Notes under the pieces: generated by a model | The model's input: only the letters and a program-made list of their open reading frames with translations | Told to the model about the DNA's origin: nothing | Database searches by the model: none | Assembly: GCF_965641715.1 (NCBI RefSeq) | Contig: NZ_OZ282453.1 | DNA length: 64,000 nt | Reading direction: 5' to 3' (one strand) | From: Escherichia coli | GTDB taxonomy: Bacteria; Pseudomonadota; Gammaproteobacteria; Enterobacterales; Enterobacteriaceae | Program-made: the position numbers and the translations under genes | Shown: in pieces, positions 1 to 10,926 of the stretch | How positions within the stretch are numbered: the stretch's first letter is position 1 | Layout of the letters: each line of letters starts with the position of its first letter

Positions 1-1
1 C

Positions 2-508
2 GAAGACTGCTATTACAAAGATCAAAGCCATCTGTCGATGGAAGAACGCGTTAAGACCAACTACGACCATCCCAGCGCGATGGATCACAGCCTGCTGCTT
101 GAGCATTTACAAGCGTTGAAACGCGGCTCGGCAATTGACCTGCCGGTTTACAGCTATGTTGAACATACGCGTATGAAAGAAACGGTGACGGTTGAGCCGA
201 AGAAGGTCATCATTCTCGAAGGCATTTTGTTGCTGACGGATGCACGTTTGCGTGACGAACTTAACTTCTCCATTTTCGTTGATACCCCGCTGGATATCTG
301 CCTGATGCGCCGCATCAAGCGTGACGTTAACGAGCGTGGGCGTTCAATGGATTCCGTGATGGCGCAATATCAAAAAACCGTGCGCCCGATGTTCCTGCAA
401 TTCATTGAGCCTTCTAAACAATATGCGGACATTATCGTGCCGCGCGGCGGGAAAAACCGCATCGCGATCGATATATTGAAAGCGAAAATAAGTCAGTTCT
501 TTGAATAA
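2..508 (+). CDS. udk: Uridine kinase, C-terminal part (5-prime end lies outside the window)
   Basis: Open frame runs from the window edge with no stop; translation ...[30 protein letters not shown]...[11 protein letters not shown] matches the C-terminal two-thirds of enterobacterial Udk as I recall it. Confidence 0.9.
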   Translation, partial: EDCYYKDQSHLSMEERVKTNYDHPSAMDHSLLLEHLQALKRGSAIDLPVYSYVEHTRMKETVTVEPKKVIILEGILLLTDARLRDELNFSIFVDTPLDICLMRRIKRDVNERGRSMDSVMAQYQKTVRPMFLQFIEPSKQYADIIVPRGGKNRIAIDILKAKISQFFE

Positions 509-599
509 GCTTGATAAATTGTGTACCGTTCAGTGATAACCTGGTATGCCCTTGACGTAATTGGCGTTAAGGGAGTGATGCGCGAAAGGAGAAAATGCC

Positions 600-1181
600 A
601 TGCGTCTGTGTGACCGAGATATTGAAGCCTGGCTTGATGAAGGCCGTTTGTCGATCAACCCACGTCCGCCAGTGGAGCGTATTAACGGCGCGACGGTGGA
701 TGTACGCCTGGGCAATAAATTTCGTACCTTCCGTGGTCACACGGCAGCGTTTATCGATCTGAGCGGTCCCAAAGATGAAGTGAGCGCCGCGCTTGACCGC
801 GTGATGAGCGATGAGATCGTTCTCGACGAGGGCGAGGCGTTCTATCTTCACCCAGGAGAGCTGGCGCTGGCGGTGACGCTGGAGTCGGTGACGCTGCCAG
901 CCGATCTGGTGGGCTGGCTGGACGGGCGTTCCTCTTTGGCGCGTCTGGGGCTGATGGTGCACGTCACCGCGCACCGCATCGATCCGGGCTGGTCTGGCTG
1001 CATTGTGCTGGAGTTCTACAACTCCGGTAAGCTGCCGCTGGCGCTGCGTCCGGGCATGTTAATTGGTGCGCTGAGCTTTGAGCCGCTTTCCGGCCCGGCG
1101 GCGCGACCTTACAACCGCCGTGAAGATGCGAAGTATCGCAACCAGCAGGGCGCGGTAGCCAGCCGAATCGATAAAGACTAA
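600..1181 (+). CDS. dcd: dCTP deaminase
   Basis: 193-aa [20 protein letters not shown]..., length and sequence match Dcd; follows udk as in E. coli. Confidence 0.95.
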
Positions 1182-1202
1182 TTCAGGCCCATTGAGGATA
1201 CC

Positions 1203-3056
1203 ATGAGACGATTTCTGACGACGCTGATGATACTCCTGGTCGTGCTGGTGGCCGGGTTATCTGCGTTAGTGTTGCTGGTGAATCCGAATGATTTCCGCGA
1301 CTATATGGTCAAGCAAGTTGCTGCACGTAGCGGTTATCAATTGCAGCTCGACGGGCCACTGCGTTGGCACGTCTGGCCGCAGCTTAGTATCCTCTCCGGG
1401 CGAATGTCTCTCACCGCCCAGGGCGCAAGCCAGCCACTGGTTCGCGCCGACAACATGCGTCTGGACGTGGCGCTTTTACCACTACTGAGTCATCAACTGA
1501 GCGTTAAGCAGGTGATGCTAAAAGGGGCAGTGATCCAACTGACGCCGCAGACGGAAGCGGTGCGCAGTGAAGACGCTCCGGTTGCACCGCGCGACAATAC
1601 CTTGCCGGATCTGTCAGACGATCGCGGATGGTCGTTTGATATATCCAGTCTTAAGGTGGCGGACAGCGTTCTGGTGTTCCAGCATGAAGATGACGAGCAG
1701 GTGACAATCCGCAATATCCGCCTGCAAATGGAACAAGATCCCCAACATCGTGGCTCATTTGAGTTCTCCGGGCGGGTTAATCGCGATCAGCGCGATCTCA
1801 CGATATCCCTTAACGGTACGGTAGATGCTTCTGATTATCCGCATGATTTAACGGCGGCTATTGAACAAATTAACTGGCAGTTGCAGGGTGCCGATTTACC
1901 AAAACAAGGTATTCAGGGGCAGGGGAGTTTCCAGGCCCAGTGGCAGGAGTCACATAAACGCCTTTCATTTAACCAAATCAGCTTGACCGCCAATGACAGT
2001 ACGCTGAGCGGGCAAGCACAGGTTACGCTGACAGAGAAACCGGAATGGCAGCTGAGACTGCAATTCCCGCAACTGAATCTTGACAACCTCATCCCGCTTA
2101 ATGAAACCGCGAATGGTGAAAACGGTGCCGCGCAGCAGGGGCAGAGCCAATCAACGTTGCCGCGCCCGGTCATTTCTTCGCGTATTGATGAACCGGCCTA
2201 TCAGGGACTGCAAGGCTTTACGGCTGATATTTTGTTGCAGGCCAGTAACGTGCGCTGGCGCGGAATGAATTTTACAGATGTTGCCACGCAAATGACCAAC
2301 AAGTCGGGTCTGCTGGAAATTACTCAACTACAGGGCAAGCTTAACGGTGGACAGGTTTCACTGCCGGGCACGCTGGACGCGACATCAATAAATCCGCGGA
2401 TAAACTTCCAGCCACGGCTGGAAAACGTTGAGATTGGCACCATTCTGAAGGCGTTTAACTATCCGATTTCGTTGACCGGAAAGATGTCACTGGCTGGTGA
2501 TTTCTCCGGTGCTGACATAGATGCCGACGCATTCCGCCACAACTGGCAAGGACAGGCACATGTCGAAATGGCCGATACGCGCATGGAAGGGATGAACTTC
2601 CAGCAGATGATTCAGCAAGCGGTAGAACGTAATGGTGGTGATGTGAAGGCCGCTGAAAACTTCGATAACGTAACGCGTCTTGACCGCTTTACCACCGATT
2701 TGACGTTGAAGGATGGCGTCGTGACGTTAAACGACATGCAAGGTCAATCGCCTGTGCTGGCGTTGACAGGGGAAGGTATGTTGAATCTGGCAGATCAAAC
2801 CTGCGACACCCAGTTTGATATTCGGGTCGTGGGTGGTTGGAACGGGGAAAGCAAACTGATTGATTTCCTTAAAGAAACGCCAGTACCGCTGCGGGTTTAT
2901 GGCAACTGGCAGCAACTCAATTACAGTCTGCAAGTGGATCAGTTACTGCGCAAACATCTACAGGACGAAGCGAAACGTCGCCTGAATGACTGGGCCGAGC
3001 GGAATAAAGATTCCCGTAATGGCAAAGATGTGAAGAAGTTGCTGGAGAAGATGTAG
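1203..3056 (+). CDS. asmA: Outer membrane assembly protein AsmA
   Basis: 617-aa ORF with N-terminal hydrophobic anchor (LMILLVVLVAGLSALVLLV); length and synteny (dcd-asmA) match AsmA. Confidence 0.9.
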   Translation: MRRFLTTLMILLVVLVAGLSALVLLVNPNDFRDYMVKQVAARSGYQLQLDGPLRWHVWPQLSILSGRMSLTAQGASQPLVRADNMRLDVALLPLLSHQLSVKQVMLKGAVIQLTPQTEAVRSEDAPVAPRDNTLPDLSDDRGWSFDISSLKVADSVLVFQHEDDEQVTIRNIRLQMEQDPQHRGSFEFSGRVNRDQRDLTISLNGTVDASDYPHDLTAAIEQINWQLQGADLPKQGIQGQGSFQAQWQESHKRLSFNQISLTANDSTLSGQAQVTLTEKPEWQLRLQFPQLNLDNLIPLNETANGENGAAQQGQSQSTLPRPVISSRIDEPAYQGLQGFTADILLQASNVRWRGMNFTDVATQMTNKSGLLEITQLQGKLNGGQVSLPGTLDATSINPRINFQPRLENVEIGTILKAFNYPISLTGKMSLAGDFSGADIDADAFRHNWQGQAHVEMADTRMEGMNFQQMIQQAVERNGGDVKAAENFDNVTRLDRFTTDLTLKDGVVTLNDMQGQSPVLALTGEGMLNLADQTCDTQFDIRVVGGWNGESKLIDFLKETPVPLRVYGNWQQLNYSLQVDQLLRKHLQDEAKRRLNDWAERNKDSRNGKDVKKLLEKM

Positions 3057-3076
3057 GTTACCAGGTGACCTGTCCT

Positions 3077-3114
3077 GTAGGCCTGATAAGACGCGTAAAG
3101 CGTCGCATCAGGCG
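3077..3114. repeat. REP (repetitive extragenic palindromic) element
   Basis: gtaggcctgataagacgcg...cgtcgcatcaggcg, the canonical E. coli REP palindrome, directly after the asmA stop. Confidence 0.6.
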
Positions 3115-3507
3115 TTCGCGGCGGCACCATTATATTCTGAATATGTAAGATCGAAGGCTGTTCCGTTCACTTGATGTTCCTCACTACTATGGAACGCTCA
3201 AGCCGGTGAACGTGCCAGGGTGGCTCAATCGCCACCACCCTGGCAACCCGGGCTCCCGGCGGTAAATCGCCGCTGGCGCGGTTCCCTCATCTTATTCCTT
3301 TCGGCTATCGGGTACGGGCGCGAGGTAACATCCCTGTAAAACGCGCCCTCAGCCCACATCCGTGTGGGCTGCCCCGGCCTACAGGAAACGATTCGGCGAT
3401 TTACAGCCGGACCCACACCCCCGCTGTAATGTCCATGTACCATAGACAACGCTTCATTGCTGAAGTTATAAGGCGTTACGCAGCATCGGGTAAAATGACC
3501 GATACCA

Positions 3508-5091
3508 TCACACCTCGTACTCCATCTCGCCATCCTTACGCAGCGGTATAATCTGCACCTTCTGCACGCGATGGCTTTCTACCTGCAACGTTTTAAGCAA
3601 ATAATCCCCCACCTGAACTTCTTCGCCAGGTTTTGGAATACGCTGCAAATATTCCATCAATAGCCCGGCAATGGTGTGATATTCACGTTTTTCATCCAGC
3701 GGCAGCGGCACATATTGCACCAGATCTTCCAGCGGCATATGACCATTCGCCGTCCAGGAACCGTCCGCATTCTTCTGAATATCATGGCGGGCGTCGATCT
3801 CTTCCACTTCGTTCGGTAAGTTACCGGCAATGGTTTCAGTGACGTCACTTAATGTCACAATCCCTTCCACCGAGCCAAACTCATCCACCACAAAAGCAAA
3901 GTGCGTGCGGGCATTACGGAACTGCTCCAGGGCAGGTAACAACGGCAAGGTTTCCGGGAACACCAGCGGCTGGCGAATCAACACCCGCAGGTTGAGCGGT
4001 TCGCCGCGCAGAGACTGTTGTAGCAGGTCGATAACGTGAACAACACCGAGCAAATCTTCTGCGTCATCACCGTCGGTAACCACCAGCCGCGTATGCTGAT
4101 TTCGCTCCAGCAACTGGCGGATTTCTTCTTCCGGCGCGTTGAGATCGATATGCTCAATATCGTGGCGCGACGTCATAATGCTGCTGACGGTACGCTGGTT
4201 AAGATTAAGTACCCGCTCAATCATCCGCCGTTCCTGCGGATTAAAGATCTGCTGGTTACCATGATCCACCAGCATGGACGCGGTTTCGGCGTCCAGTTCC
4301 GCATCTTCTTTTTGCCCGCTAAGCAGGCGCATTACCGCTTCGGTAGTCCGCTGGCGTAGCGTCTGGTTAGCGGAAAGAAAACGTCGCCGGTTAAAGATAG
4401 CCAACTGATTGAGCGCCTCGATCATCACCGAGAAACCAATAGCAGCGTACAGGTAGCCTTTCGGAATGACGAAGCCGAAACCTTCTGCCACCAGGCTAAA
4501 GCCAATCATCAACAGGAAGCTTAAGCAGAGAATAACGATGGTCGGGTGACTGTTAACAAATTGCGTTAACGGCTTGCTGGCCATCAACATCAGGCTGATA
4601 GCGATAACCACGGCGGCCATCATGACCAGTAAATGGTCGACCATCCCGACGGCGGTAATCACTGAGTCGAGTGAGAAGATGGCGTCCAGTACCACAATTT
4701 GCGTCACCACGCCCCAGAACTTCGCACCTTTGCGTTGTGTGGGATTATTGCTGTCTTTCCCTTCCAGCCGTTCGTTCAGCTCCATCGTGGCTTTGAACAA
4801 CAGGAAGAAACCACCAAACAGCATGATTAAGTCGCGGGCGCTAAAGGTAAACGAGCGGAAGCTGAACAGCGGTTGAGTCAGGGTGACCAGCCAGGAGATT
4901 GACGCCAGCAGTAACAGGCGCATTAACATCGCCAGCAGCAGCCCGGTAACCCGTGCGCGGTCGCGCTGCTTCGGCGGTAGTTTTTCGGCGAGGATGGCAA
5001 TAAAGACCAGGTTATCAATGCCGAGGACCAGTTCGATCACAATCAGCGTGATTAACCCGGCCCAGATAGACGGATCGGCAATCCATTCCAT
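3508..5091 (-). CDS. yegH: TerC-family inner membrane protein with C-terminal CBS/CorC domains
   Basis: Long minus-strand ORF; N-terminal multi-TM region ([39 protein letters not shown]) and C-terminal CBS/transporter-associated region. Start placed at the internal ATG (527 aa) rather than the 549-aa ORF-track start. Confidence 0.85.
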   Translation of the reverse strand: MEWIADPSIWAGLITLIVIELVLGIDNLVFIAILAEKLPPKQRDRARVTGLLLAMLMRLLLLASISWLVTLTQPLFSFRSFTFSARDLIMLFGGFFLLFKATMELNERLEGKDSNNPTQRKGAKFWGVVTQIVVLDAIFSLDSVITAVGMVDHLLVMMAAVVIAISLMLMASKPLTQFVNSHPTIVILCLSFLLMIGFSLVAEGFGFVIPKGYLYAAIGFSVMIEALNQLAIFNRRRFLSANQTLRQRTTEAVMRLLSGQKEDAELDAETASMLVDHGNQQIFNPQERRMIERVLNLNQRTVSSIMTSRHDIEHIDLNAPEEEIRQLLERNQHTRLVVTDGDDAEDLLGVVHVIDLLQQSLRGEPLNLRVLIRQPLVFPETLPLLPALEQFRNARTHFAFVVDEFGSVEGIVTLSDVTETIAGNLPNEVEEIDARHDIQKNADGSWTANGHMPLEDLVQYVPLPLDEKREYHTIAGLLMEYLQRIPKPGEEVQVGDYLLKTLQVESHRVQKVQIIPLRKDGEMEYEV

Positions 5092-5251
5092 AGTAAGTAC
5101 AAAACCTATTCGTTGTATGACAAATGTCACAATTCGATCATGGATAAATCGGGGCAAAAATGCAATGTTGCAGCACTATTTATCTCATATTATTTGAGGG
5201 TAATAACCTCACATTATCCCTGAATTAAAAGTGGTAATAATAAAACATTAT

Positions 5252-5266
5252 TTAAGAAATATCGCA
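5252..5266 (+). promoter_or_regulatory. Candidate RcsAB box of the colanic acid (cps) promoter
   Basis: ttaagaaatatcgca resembles the RcsAB box consensus TaAGaatatTCctA and sits about 490 bp upstream of the wza ATG in an AT-rich leader. Assigned by eye. Confidence 0.3.
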
Positions 5267-5532
5267 TGTGGAGACGCAATATTAAATATTGTCAACATAA
5301 AGAAACTCCTAAAAACCATATTGAATGACACTTAATATAATTCTTAAAAATAGCCAATTGCCGAATTGTTACCTTGCCTGCTATTCCGTTAGCTGTAACA
5401 CTTCCTCCTGCATTATTGGAGAGCCAATATTCAATTACCATAATGTCACCTTATATTCGGAAGTTAATTTCCGCAATAACCCTTTCTCATCAACGACTGT
5501 ATGTTGAGAGGGTTTTAAAAATTAAGCTAAAT

Positions 5533-5571
5533 CAGTGTATTGGTAGCTAAAAAGCCAGGGGCGGTAGCGTG
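5533..5571 (+). promoter_or_regulatory. JUMPStart element with ops site (RfaH-dependent antitermination) in the wza leader
   Basis: cagtgtattggtagctaaaaagccaggggcggtagcgtg contains the ops motif GGCGGTAGCGTG (5560-5571) on the coding strand, about 180 bp upstream of wza. Confidence 0.8.
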
Positions 5572-5749
5572 TCTGGATGCCTGAAAGACCAGTCTGAATT
5601 ATTCTGTCAATAGCCTGCGGATGAAATCAATTTTTTTAGGACTGATGCCAGTTAAATTTTTATTCAATTAACTGCAAGGTAAATGTGCATGGCGACATTG
5701 CTATTAATAGTGCACAGGATAATTACTCTGCCAAAGTGATAAATAAACA

Positions 5750-6889
5750 ATGATGAAATCCAAAATGAAATTGATGCCATTATTGGTGTCAGTAACCTTG
5801 ATAAGCGGTTGCACAGTACTTCCGGGCAGCAATATGTCGACGATGGGTAAAGACGTCATCAAACAGCAGGACGCTGATTTCGATCTCGACAAAATGGTGA
5901 ATGTTTATCCGTTGACCCCGCGCCTGATTGATCAATTACGTCCACGACCCAACGTAGCGCGCCCCAATATGACGCTGGAAAGTGAGATCGCGAATTACCA
6001 GTATCGCGTCGGGCCGGGGGACGTTCTGAATGTCACCGTCTGGGATCACCCGGAACTCACCACGCCAGCCGGTCAGTACCGCAGCTCCAGCGACACCGGC
6101 AACTGGGTACAGCCTGACGGCACTATGTTTTACCCGTATATCGGCAAGGTTCACGTAGTCGGGAAAACGCTCGCTGAAATCCGCAGTGATATTACCGGGC
6201 GCTTAGCGACGTACATCGCTGACCCGCAGGTGGACGTTAATATCGCCGCCTTCCGCTCGCAAAAAGCCTATATCTCCGGCCAGGTGAATAAATCCGGTCA
6301 ACAGGCGATCACCAACGTGCCACTGACCATTCTCGACGCCATCAACGCCGCAGGTGGCCTGACCGACACCGCTGACTGGCGCAACGTGGTGCTAACACAC
6401 AATGGTCGTGAAGAGCGTATTTCTTTGCAGGCGCTGATGCAAAACGGCGACCTCAACCAGAATCGACTGCTTTACCCCGGCGATATTCTCTACGTGCCGC
6501 GTAATGATGATCTGAAAGTATTTGTGATGGGTGAAGTGAAGAAACAGAGCACCCTGAAAATGGACTTTAGCGGCATGACCCTGACTGAAGCCCTGGGCAA
6601 TGCTGAAGGCATCGACATGACCACCTCCAACGCCAGCGGCATCTTTGTCATTCGTCCGCTGAAAGGCGAGGGCGGGCGTAACGGCAAGATTGCCAATATC
6701 TACCAGCTGGATATGTCCGATGCCACGTCGCTGGTGATGGCGACAGAATTCCGCCTGCAACCTTATGACGTGGTGTATGTCACCACCGCCCCGGTTTCCC
6801 GCTGGAACCGTCTGATCAATCAGTTGCTGCCAACTATTAGCGGTGTCCGTTACATGACGGATACAGCCAGCGACATTCATAACTGGTAA
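5750..6889 (+). CDS. wza: Colanic acid export outer-membrane lipoprotein Wza
   Basis: 379 aa; lipoprotein signal with lipobox LISGC; first gene of the wza-wzb-wzc unit. Confidence 0.95.
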   Translation: MMKSKMKLMPLLVSVTLISGCTVLPGSNMSTMGKDVIKQQDADFDLDKMVNVYPLTPRLIDQLRPRPNVARPNMTLESEIANYQYRVGPGDVLNVTVWDHPELTTPAGQYRSSSDTGNWVQPDGTMFYPYIGKVHVVGKTLAEIRSDITGRLATYIADPQVDVNIAAFRSQKAYISGQVNKSGQQAITNVPLTILDAINAAGGLTDTADWRNVVLTHNGREERISLQALMQNGDLNQNRLLYPGDILYVPRNDDLKVFVMGEVKKQSTLKMDFSGMTLTEALGNAEGIDMTTSNASGIFVIRPLKGEGGRNGKIANIYQLDMSDATSLVMATEFRLQPYDVVYVTTAPVSRWNRLINQLLPTISGVRYMTDTASDIHNW

Positions 6890-6894
6890 TCGTC

Positions 6895-7338
6895 ATGTTT
6901 AACAACATCTTAGTTGTCTGTGTCGGCAATATTTGCCGTTCCCCGACGGCGGAACGCTTACTGCAACGTTATCACCCGGAGCTGAAAGTGGAGTCCGCTG
7001 GACTCGGCGCGCTGGTCGGTAAGGGCGCTGATCCTACCGCCATCAGCGTTGCCGCAGAGCATCAACTGTCTCTGGAAGGTCACTGTGCACGGCAAATCAG
7101 CCGCCGCCTGTGTCGCAACTATGACCTGATTTTGACCATGGAAAAGCGCCATATCGAACGCTTATGCGAGATGGCACCTGAGATGCGCGGCAAAGTGATG
7201 CTGTTTGGTCACTGGGATAACGAATGTGAAATCCCCGATCCGTATCGCAAAAGCCGGGAAACGTTTGCAGCGGTGTACACATTACTTGAACGGTCTGCCC
7301 GCCAGTGGGCGCAGGCATTGAACGCAGAGCAGGTATAA
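6895..7338 (+). CDS. wzb: Low-molecular-weight protein-tyrosine phosphatase Wzb
   Basis: 147 aa; N-terminal CX5R P-loop (VCVGNICRSP) typical of LMW-PTP. Confidence 0.95.
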   Translation: MFNNILVVCVGNICRSPTAERLLQRYHPELKVESAGLGALVGKGADPTAISVAAEHQLSLEGHCARQISRRLCRNYDLILTMEKRHIERLCEMAPEMRGKVMLFGHWDNECEIPDPYRKSRETFAAVYTLLERSARQWAQALNAEQV

Positions 7339-7340
7339 GA

Positions 7341-9503
7341 ATGACAGAAAAAGTAAAACAACATGCCGCTCCGGTAACGGGCAGTGATGAAATCGATATT
7401 GGTCGCCTGGTCGGCACCGTCATTGAAGCGCGCTGGTGGGTGATTGGCATCACCGCTGTATTTGCCGTCTGTGCCGTGGTTTACACCTTCTTCGCCACGC
7501 CGATTTATAGTGCCGACGCACTGGTACAAATCGAGCAAAACAGCGGCAATTCGTTAGTACAGGATATCGGCTCGGCATTAGCCAACAAACCGCCTGCATC
7601 GGACGCCGAGATCCAGTTGATTCGTTCGCGTCTGGTGCTTGGTAAAACGGTGGACGATCTCGACCTCGATATTGCGGTGAGCAAAAACACGTTCCCGATT
7701 TTCGGGGCGGGCTGGGATCGCCTGATGGGACGGCAGAACGAGACGGTGAAAGTGACTACCTTTAACCGCCCGAAAGAGATGGCGGATCAGGTGTTTACGC
7801 TTAATGTGCTGGACGATAAAAACTACACCCTGAGCAGTGATGGCGGCTTTAGCGCCCGTGGGCAAGCGGGCCAGATACTGAAAAAAGAAGGCGTCACGCT
7901 GATGGTTGAAGTCATTCACGCCAGCCCGGGCAGTGAGTTTACCATCACCAAATACTCCACGCTGGGGATGATCAACCAACTGCAAAACAGCCTGACGGTA
8001 ACGGAGAACGGCAAAGACGCAGGCGTACTGAGCCTGACTTATACCGGTGAAGATCGCGAACAGATCCGCGACATTCTTAACAGCATCGCCCGTAACTATC
8101 AGGAACAAAATATTGAGCGCAAATCGGCGGAAGCGTCGAAAAGCCTCGCTTTCCTCGCGCAACAGTTACCGGAAGTACGTAGCCGCCTTGATGTTGCCGA
8201 AAACAAACTGAATGCCTACCGTCAGGATAAAGATTCTGTTGATCTGCCGCTGGAAGCGAAAGCGGTGCTCGATTCGATGGTGAACATCGACGCGCAGTTG
8301 AACGAACTGACCTTTAAAGAAGCGGAAATCTCCAAGCTGTACACCAAAGTTCACCCGGCGTACCGCACGCTGCTGGAGAAACGGCAGGCGCTGGAAGACG
8401 AAAAAGCCAAACTTAATGGTCGCGTAACGGCGATGCCGAAAACCCAGCAGGAAATTGTGCGTCTGACCCGCGATGTCGAGTCTGGTCAGCAGGTCTATAT
8501 GCAACTGCTGAATAAAGAGCAGGAGCTGAAAATCACCGAGGCCAGCACCGTCGGCGATGTGCGCATTGTTGACCCGGCAATCACCCAGCCTGGCGTGCTA
8601 AAACCGAAGAAAGTGCTGATTATCCTTGGGGCGATTATCCTTGGTCTGATGCTCTCTATCGTGGGTGTGCTGCTGCGCTCGTTGTTTAATCGCGGTATCG
8701 AAAGCCCGCAAGTGCTGGAAGAACACGGTATCAGCGTCTATGCCAGCATCCCGCTGTCGGAATGGCAGAAAGCGCGCGATAGCGTCAAAACCATCAAAGG
8801 AGTTAAACGCTATAAACAGAGCCAGCTACTGGCGGTGGGGAATCCAACCGATCTGGCGATTGAAGCCATCCGCAGTCTGCGTACCAGTCTGCACTTCGCG
8901 ATGATGCAGGCGCAGAACAATGTGTTGATGATGACCGGGGTTAGCCCGTCAATCGGTAAAACCTTTGTCTGCGCCAACCTGGCGGCGGTGATCAGCCAGA
9001 CCAATAAACGGGTGTTGTTGATCGACTGCGATATGCGCAAAGGCTACACCCATGAGCTGTTGGGCACTAATAACGTCAATGGCCTGTCGGAAATTCTGAT
9101 TGGTCAGGGCGATATTACTACCGCTGCTAAACCGACCTCGATTGCCAAATTTGACCTGATCCCGCGCGGTCAGGTACCGCCAAATCCTTCTGAACTGTTG
9201 ATGAGCGAACGCTTTGCCGAACTGGTGAACTGGGCGAGTAAAAACTATGACCTGGTGTTGATTGATACGCCGCCGATTCTGGCAGTGACCGATGCGGCAA
9301 TTGTTGGTCGTCATGTCGGAACCACGTTAATGGTGGCTCGTTATGCGGTCAACACATTGAAAGAAGTGGAAACCAGTCTGAGCCGCTTTGAGCAAAACGG
9401 TATTCCGGTGAAAGGGGTGATTCTGAACTCCATCTTCCGCCGCGCCAGCGCGTATCAGGATTATGGCTATTACGAATACGAATATAAGTCGGATGCGAAA
9501 TAA
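7341..9503 (+). CDS. wzc: Tyrosine autokinase / polysaccharide co-polymerase Wzc
   Basis: 720 aa from MTEKVKQH; Walker A GVSPSIGKT; C-terminal tyrosine cluster YQDYGYYEYEYKSDAK; ORF-track start at 7305 overlaps wzb and is rejected. Confidence 0.95.
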   Translation: MTEKVKQHAAPVTGSDEIDIGRLVGTVIEARWWVIGITAVFAVCAVVYTFFATPIYSADALVQIEQNSGNSLVQDIGSALANKPPASDAEIQLIRSRLVLGKTVDDLDLDIAVSKNTFPIFGAGWDRLMGRQNETVKVTTFNRPKEMADQVFTLNVLDDKNYTLSSDGGFSARGQAGQILKKEGVTLMVEVIHASPGSEFTITKYSTLGMINQLQNSLTVTENGKDAGVLSLTYTGEDREQIRDILNSIARNYQEQNIERKSAEASKSLAFLAQQLPEVRSRLDVAENKLNAYRQDKDSVDLPLEAKAVLDSMVNIDAQLNELTFKEAEISKLYTKVHPAYRTLLEKRQALEDEKAKLNGRVTAMPKTQQEIVRLTRDVESGQQVYMQLLNKEQELKITEASTVGDVRIVDPAITQPGVLKPKKVLIILGAIILGLMLSIVGVLLRSLFNRGIESPQVLEEHGISVYASIPLSEWQKARDSVKTIKGVKRYKQSQLLAVGNPTDLAIEAIRSLRTSLHFAMMQAQNNVLMMTGVSPSIGKTFVCANLAAVISQTNKRVLLIDCDMRKGYTHELLGTNNVNGLSEILIGQGDITTAAKPTSIAKFDLIPRGQVPPNPSELLMSERFAELVNWASKNYDLVLIDTPPILAVTDAAIVGRHVGTTLMVARYAVNTLKEVETSLSRFEQNGIPVKGVILNSIFRRASAYQDYGYYEYEYKSDAK

Positions 9504-9504
9504 C

Positions 9505-9565
9505 GACGCCTGCATTCGCACCGCCCCGTAGGCCGGATAAGGCGCTCACGCCGCATCCGGCAAGC
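9505..9565. repeat. REP element(s) downstream of wzc
   Basis: gtaggccggataaggcgctcacgccgcatccggca palindromic REP consensus between wzc and wcaA. Confidence 0.55.
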
Positions 9566-9595
9566 AAACCAGCTCATAAGCCGGGAGTACAACCT

Positions 9596-10435
9596 ATGAA
9601 AGACAATCCGCTGATCTCAATCTATATGCCAACCTGGAACCGCCAACAACTGGCGATTCGGGCGATAAAATCGGTCCTGCGCCAGGACTACAGCAACTGG
9701 GAGATGATCATCGTGGATGATTGCTCCACCTCCTGGGAACAACTGCAACAGTACGTCAGCGCCCTCAACGATCCGCGTATCACCTACATTCACAACGACA
9801 TTAACAGCGGGGCGTGCGCGGTACGTAACCAGGCGATTATGCTGGCGCAAGGGGAATATATCACCGGGATTGATGACGATGACGAATGGACACCCAACCG
9901 TCTGAGCGTCTTCCTCGCCCATAAACAGCAACTGGTCACTCACGCCTTTTTGTACGCTAACGACTACGTATGCCAGGGAGAAGTTTATTCCCAACCGGCA
10001 AGCTTACCACTGTATCCCAAATCGCCGTACTCACGCCGCCTGTTCTATAAACGCAATATCATTGGCAATCAGGTCTTTACCTGGGCATGGCGTTTCAAAG
10101 AGTGTTTGTTCGATACCGAACTGAAAGCGGCACAGGATTACGACATCTTCCTGCGGATGGTGGTGGAGTATGGCGAACCGTGGAAAGTGGAAGAGGCGAC
10201 GCAGATCCTGCATATCAATCACGGCGAAATGCAGATCACCTCGTCACCGAAAAAATTCTCCGGATACTTCCACTTTTACCGCAAGCACAAAGACAAATTT
10301 GACCGCGCCAGCAAAAAATATCAGCTGTTTACCCTCTACCAGATCCGCAATAAACGCATGACCTGGCGCACTTTGCTGACGCTGCTGTCGGTGCGTAACG
10401 GCAAACGTCTGGCTGATGGTATTCGGGGGCGCTAA
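9596..10435 (+). CDS. wcaA: Colanic acid glycosyltransferase (GT2)
   Basis: 279 aa, position and length match WcaA; GT2 N-terminal motif (IYMPTWNR...DDCS). Confidence 0.9.
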   Translation: MKDNPLISIYMPTWNRQQLAIRAIKSVLRQDYSNWEMIIVDDCSTSWEQLQQYVSALNDPRITYIHNDINSGACAVRNQAIMLAQGEYITGIDDDDEWTPNRLSVFLAHKQQLVTHAFLYANDYVCQGEVYSQPASLPLYPKSPYSRRLFYKRNIIGNQVFTWAWRFKECLFDTELKAAQDYDIFLRMVVEYGEPWKVEEATQILHINHGEMQITSSPKKFSGYFHFYRKHKDKFDRASKKYQLFTLYQIRNKRMTWRTLLTLLSVRNGKRLADGIRGR

Positions 10436-10437
10436 AG

Positions 10438-10926
10438 ATGCTGGAAGATCTGCGCGCCAACAGCTGGAGTTTACGCCCGTGCTGCATGGTTCTTGCCTAT
10501 CGTGTTGCTCATTTTTGTTCGGTGTGGCGCAAAAAGAACGTCCTCAACAATCTGTGGGCGGCCCCGCTGCTGGTGCTGTATCGCATTATCACCGAATGCT
10601 TTTTCGGTTATGAAATCCAGGCAGCCGCAACCATTGGCCGCCGCTTTACTATCCATCACGGTTACGCCGTAGTGATCAATAAAAACGTGGTTGCGGGGGA
10701 TGATTTCACCATTCGCCACGGCGTCACTATCGGCAATCGGGGTGCCGATAACATGGCATGTCCACACATTGGCAACGGCGTCGAACTCGGTGCCAACGTC
10801 ATTATTCTTGGTGATATCACGCTTGGTAACAACGTCACCGTGGGCGCGGGCAGCGTGGTGCTCGACTCTGTCCCGGACAACGCGCTGGTGGTGGGAGAAA
10901 AAGCGCGAGTGAAGGTAATCAAATGA
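10438..10926 (+). CDS. wcaB: Colanic acid acetyltransferase (hexapeptide-repeat family)
   Basis: 162 aa, left-handed beta-helix hexapeptide repeats (IGNRGADN..IGNGVELGANVIILGDITLGNNVTVGAGSVV). Confidence 0.9.
   Translation: MLEDLRANSWSLRPCCMVLAYRVAHFCSVWRKKNVLNNLWAAPLLVLYRIITECFFGYEIQAAATIGRRFTIHHGYAVVINKNVVAGDDFTIRHGVTIGNRGADNMACPHIGNGVELGANVIILGDITLGNNVTVGAGSVVLDSVPDNALVVGEKARVKVIK

Noticed and set aside
3225-3533. 102-aa minus-strand ORF in the asmA-yegH intergenic region
   Set aside because: Low-complexity R/G/P-rich translation, overlaps the yegH 3-prime end, and has no recognisable domain; more likely a GC-rich non-coding structured region (reported as a finding instead).
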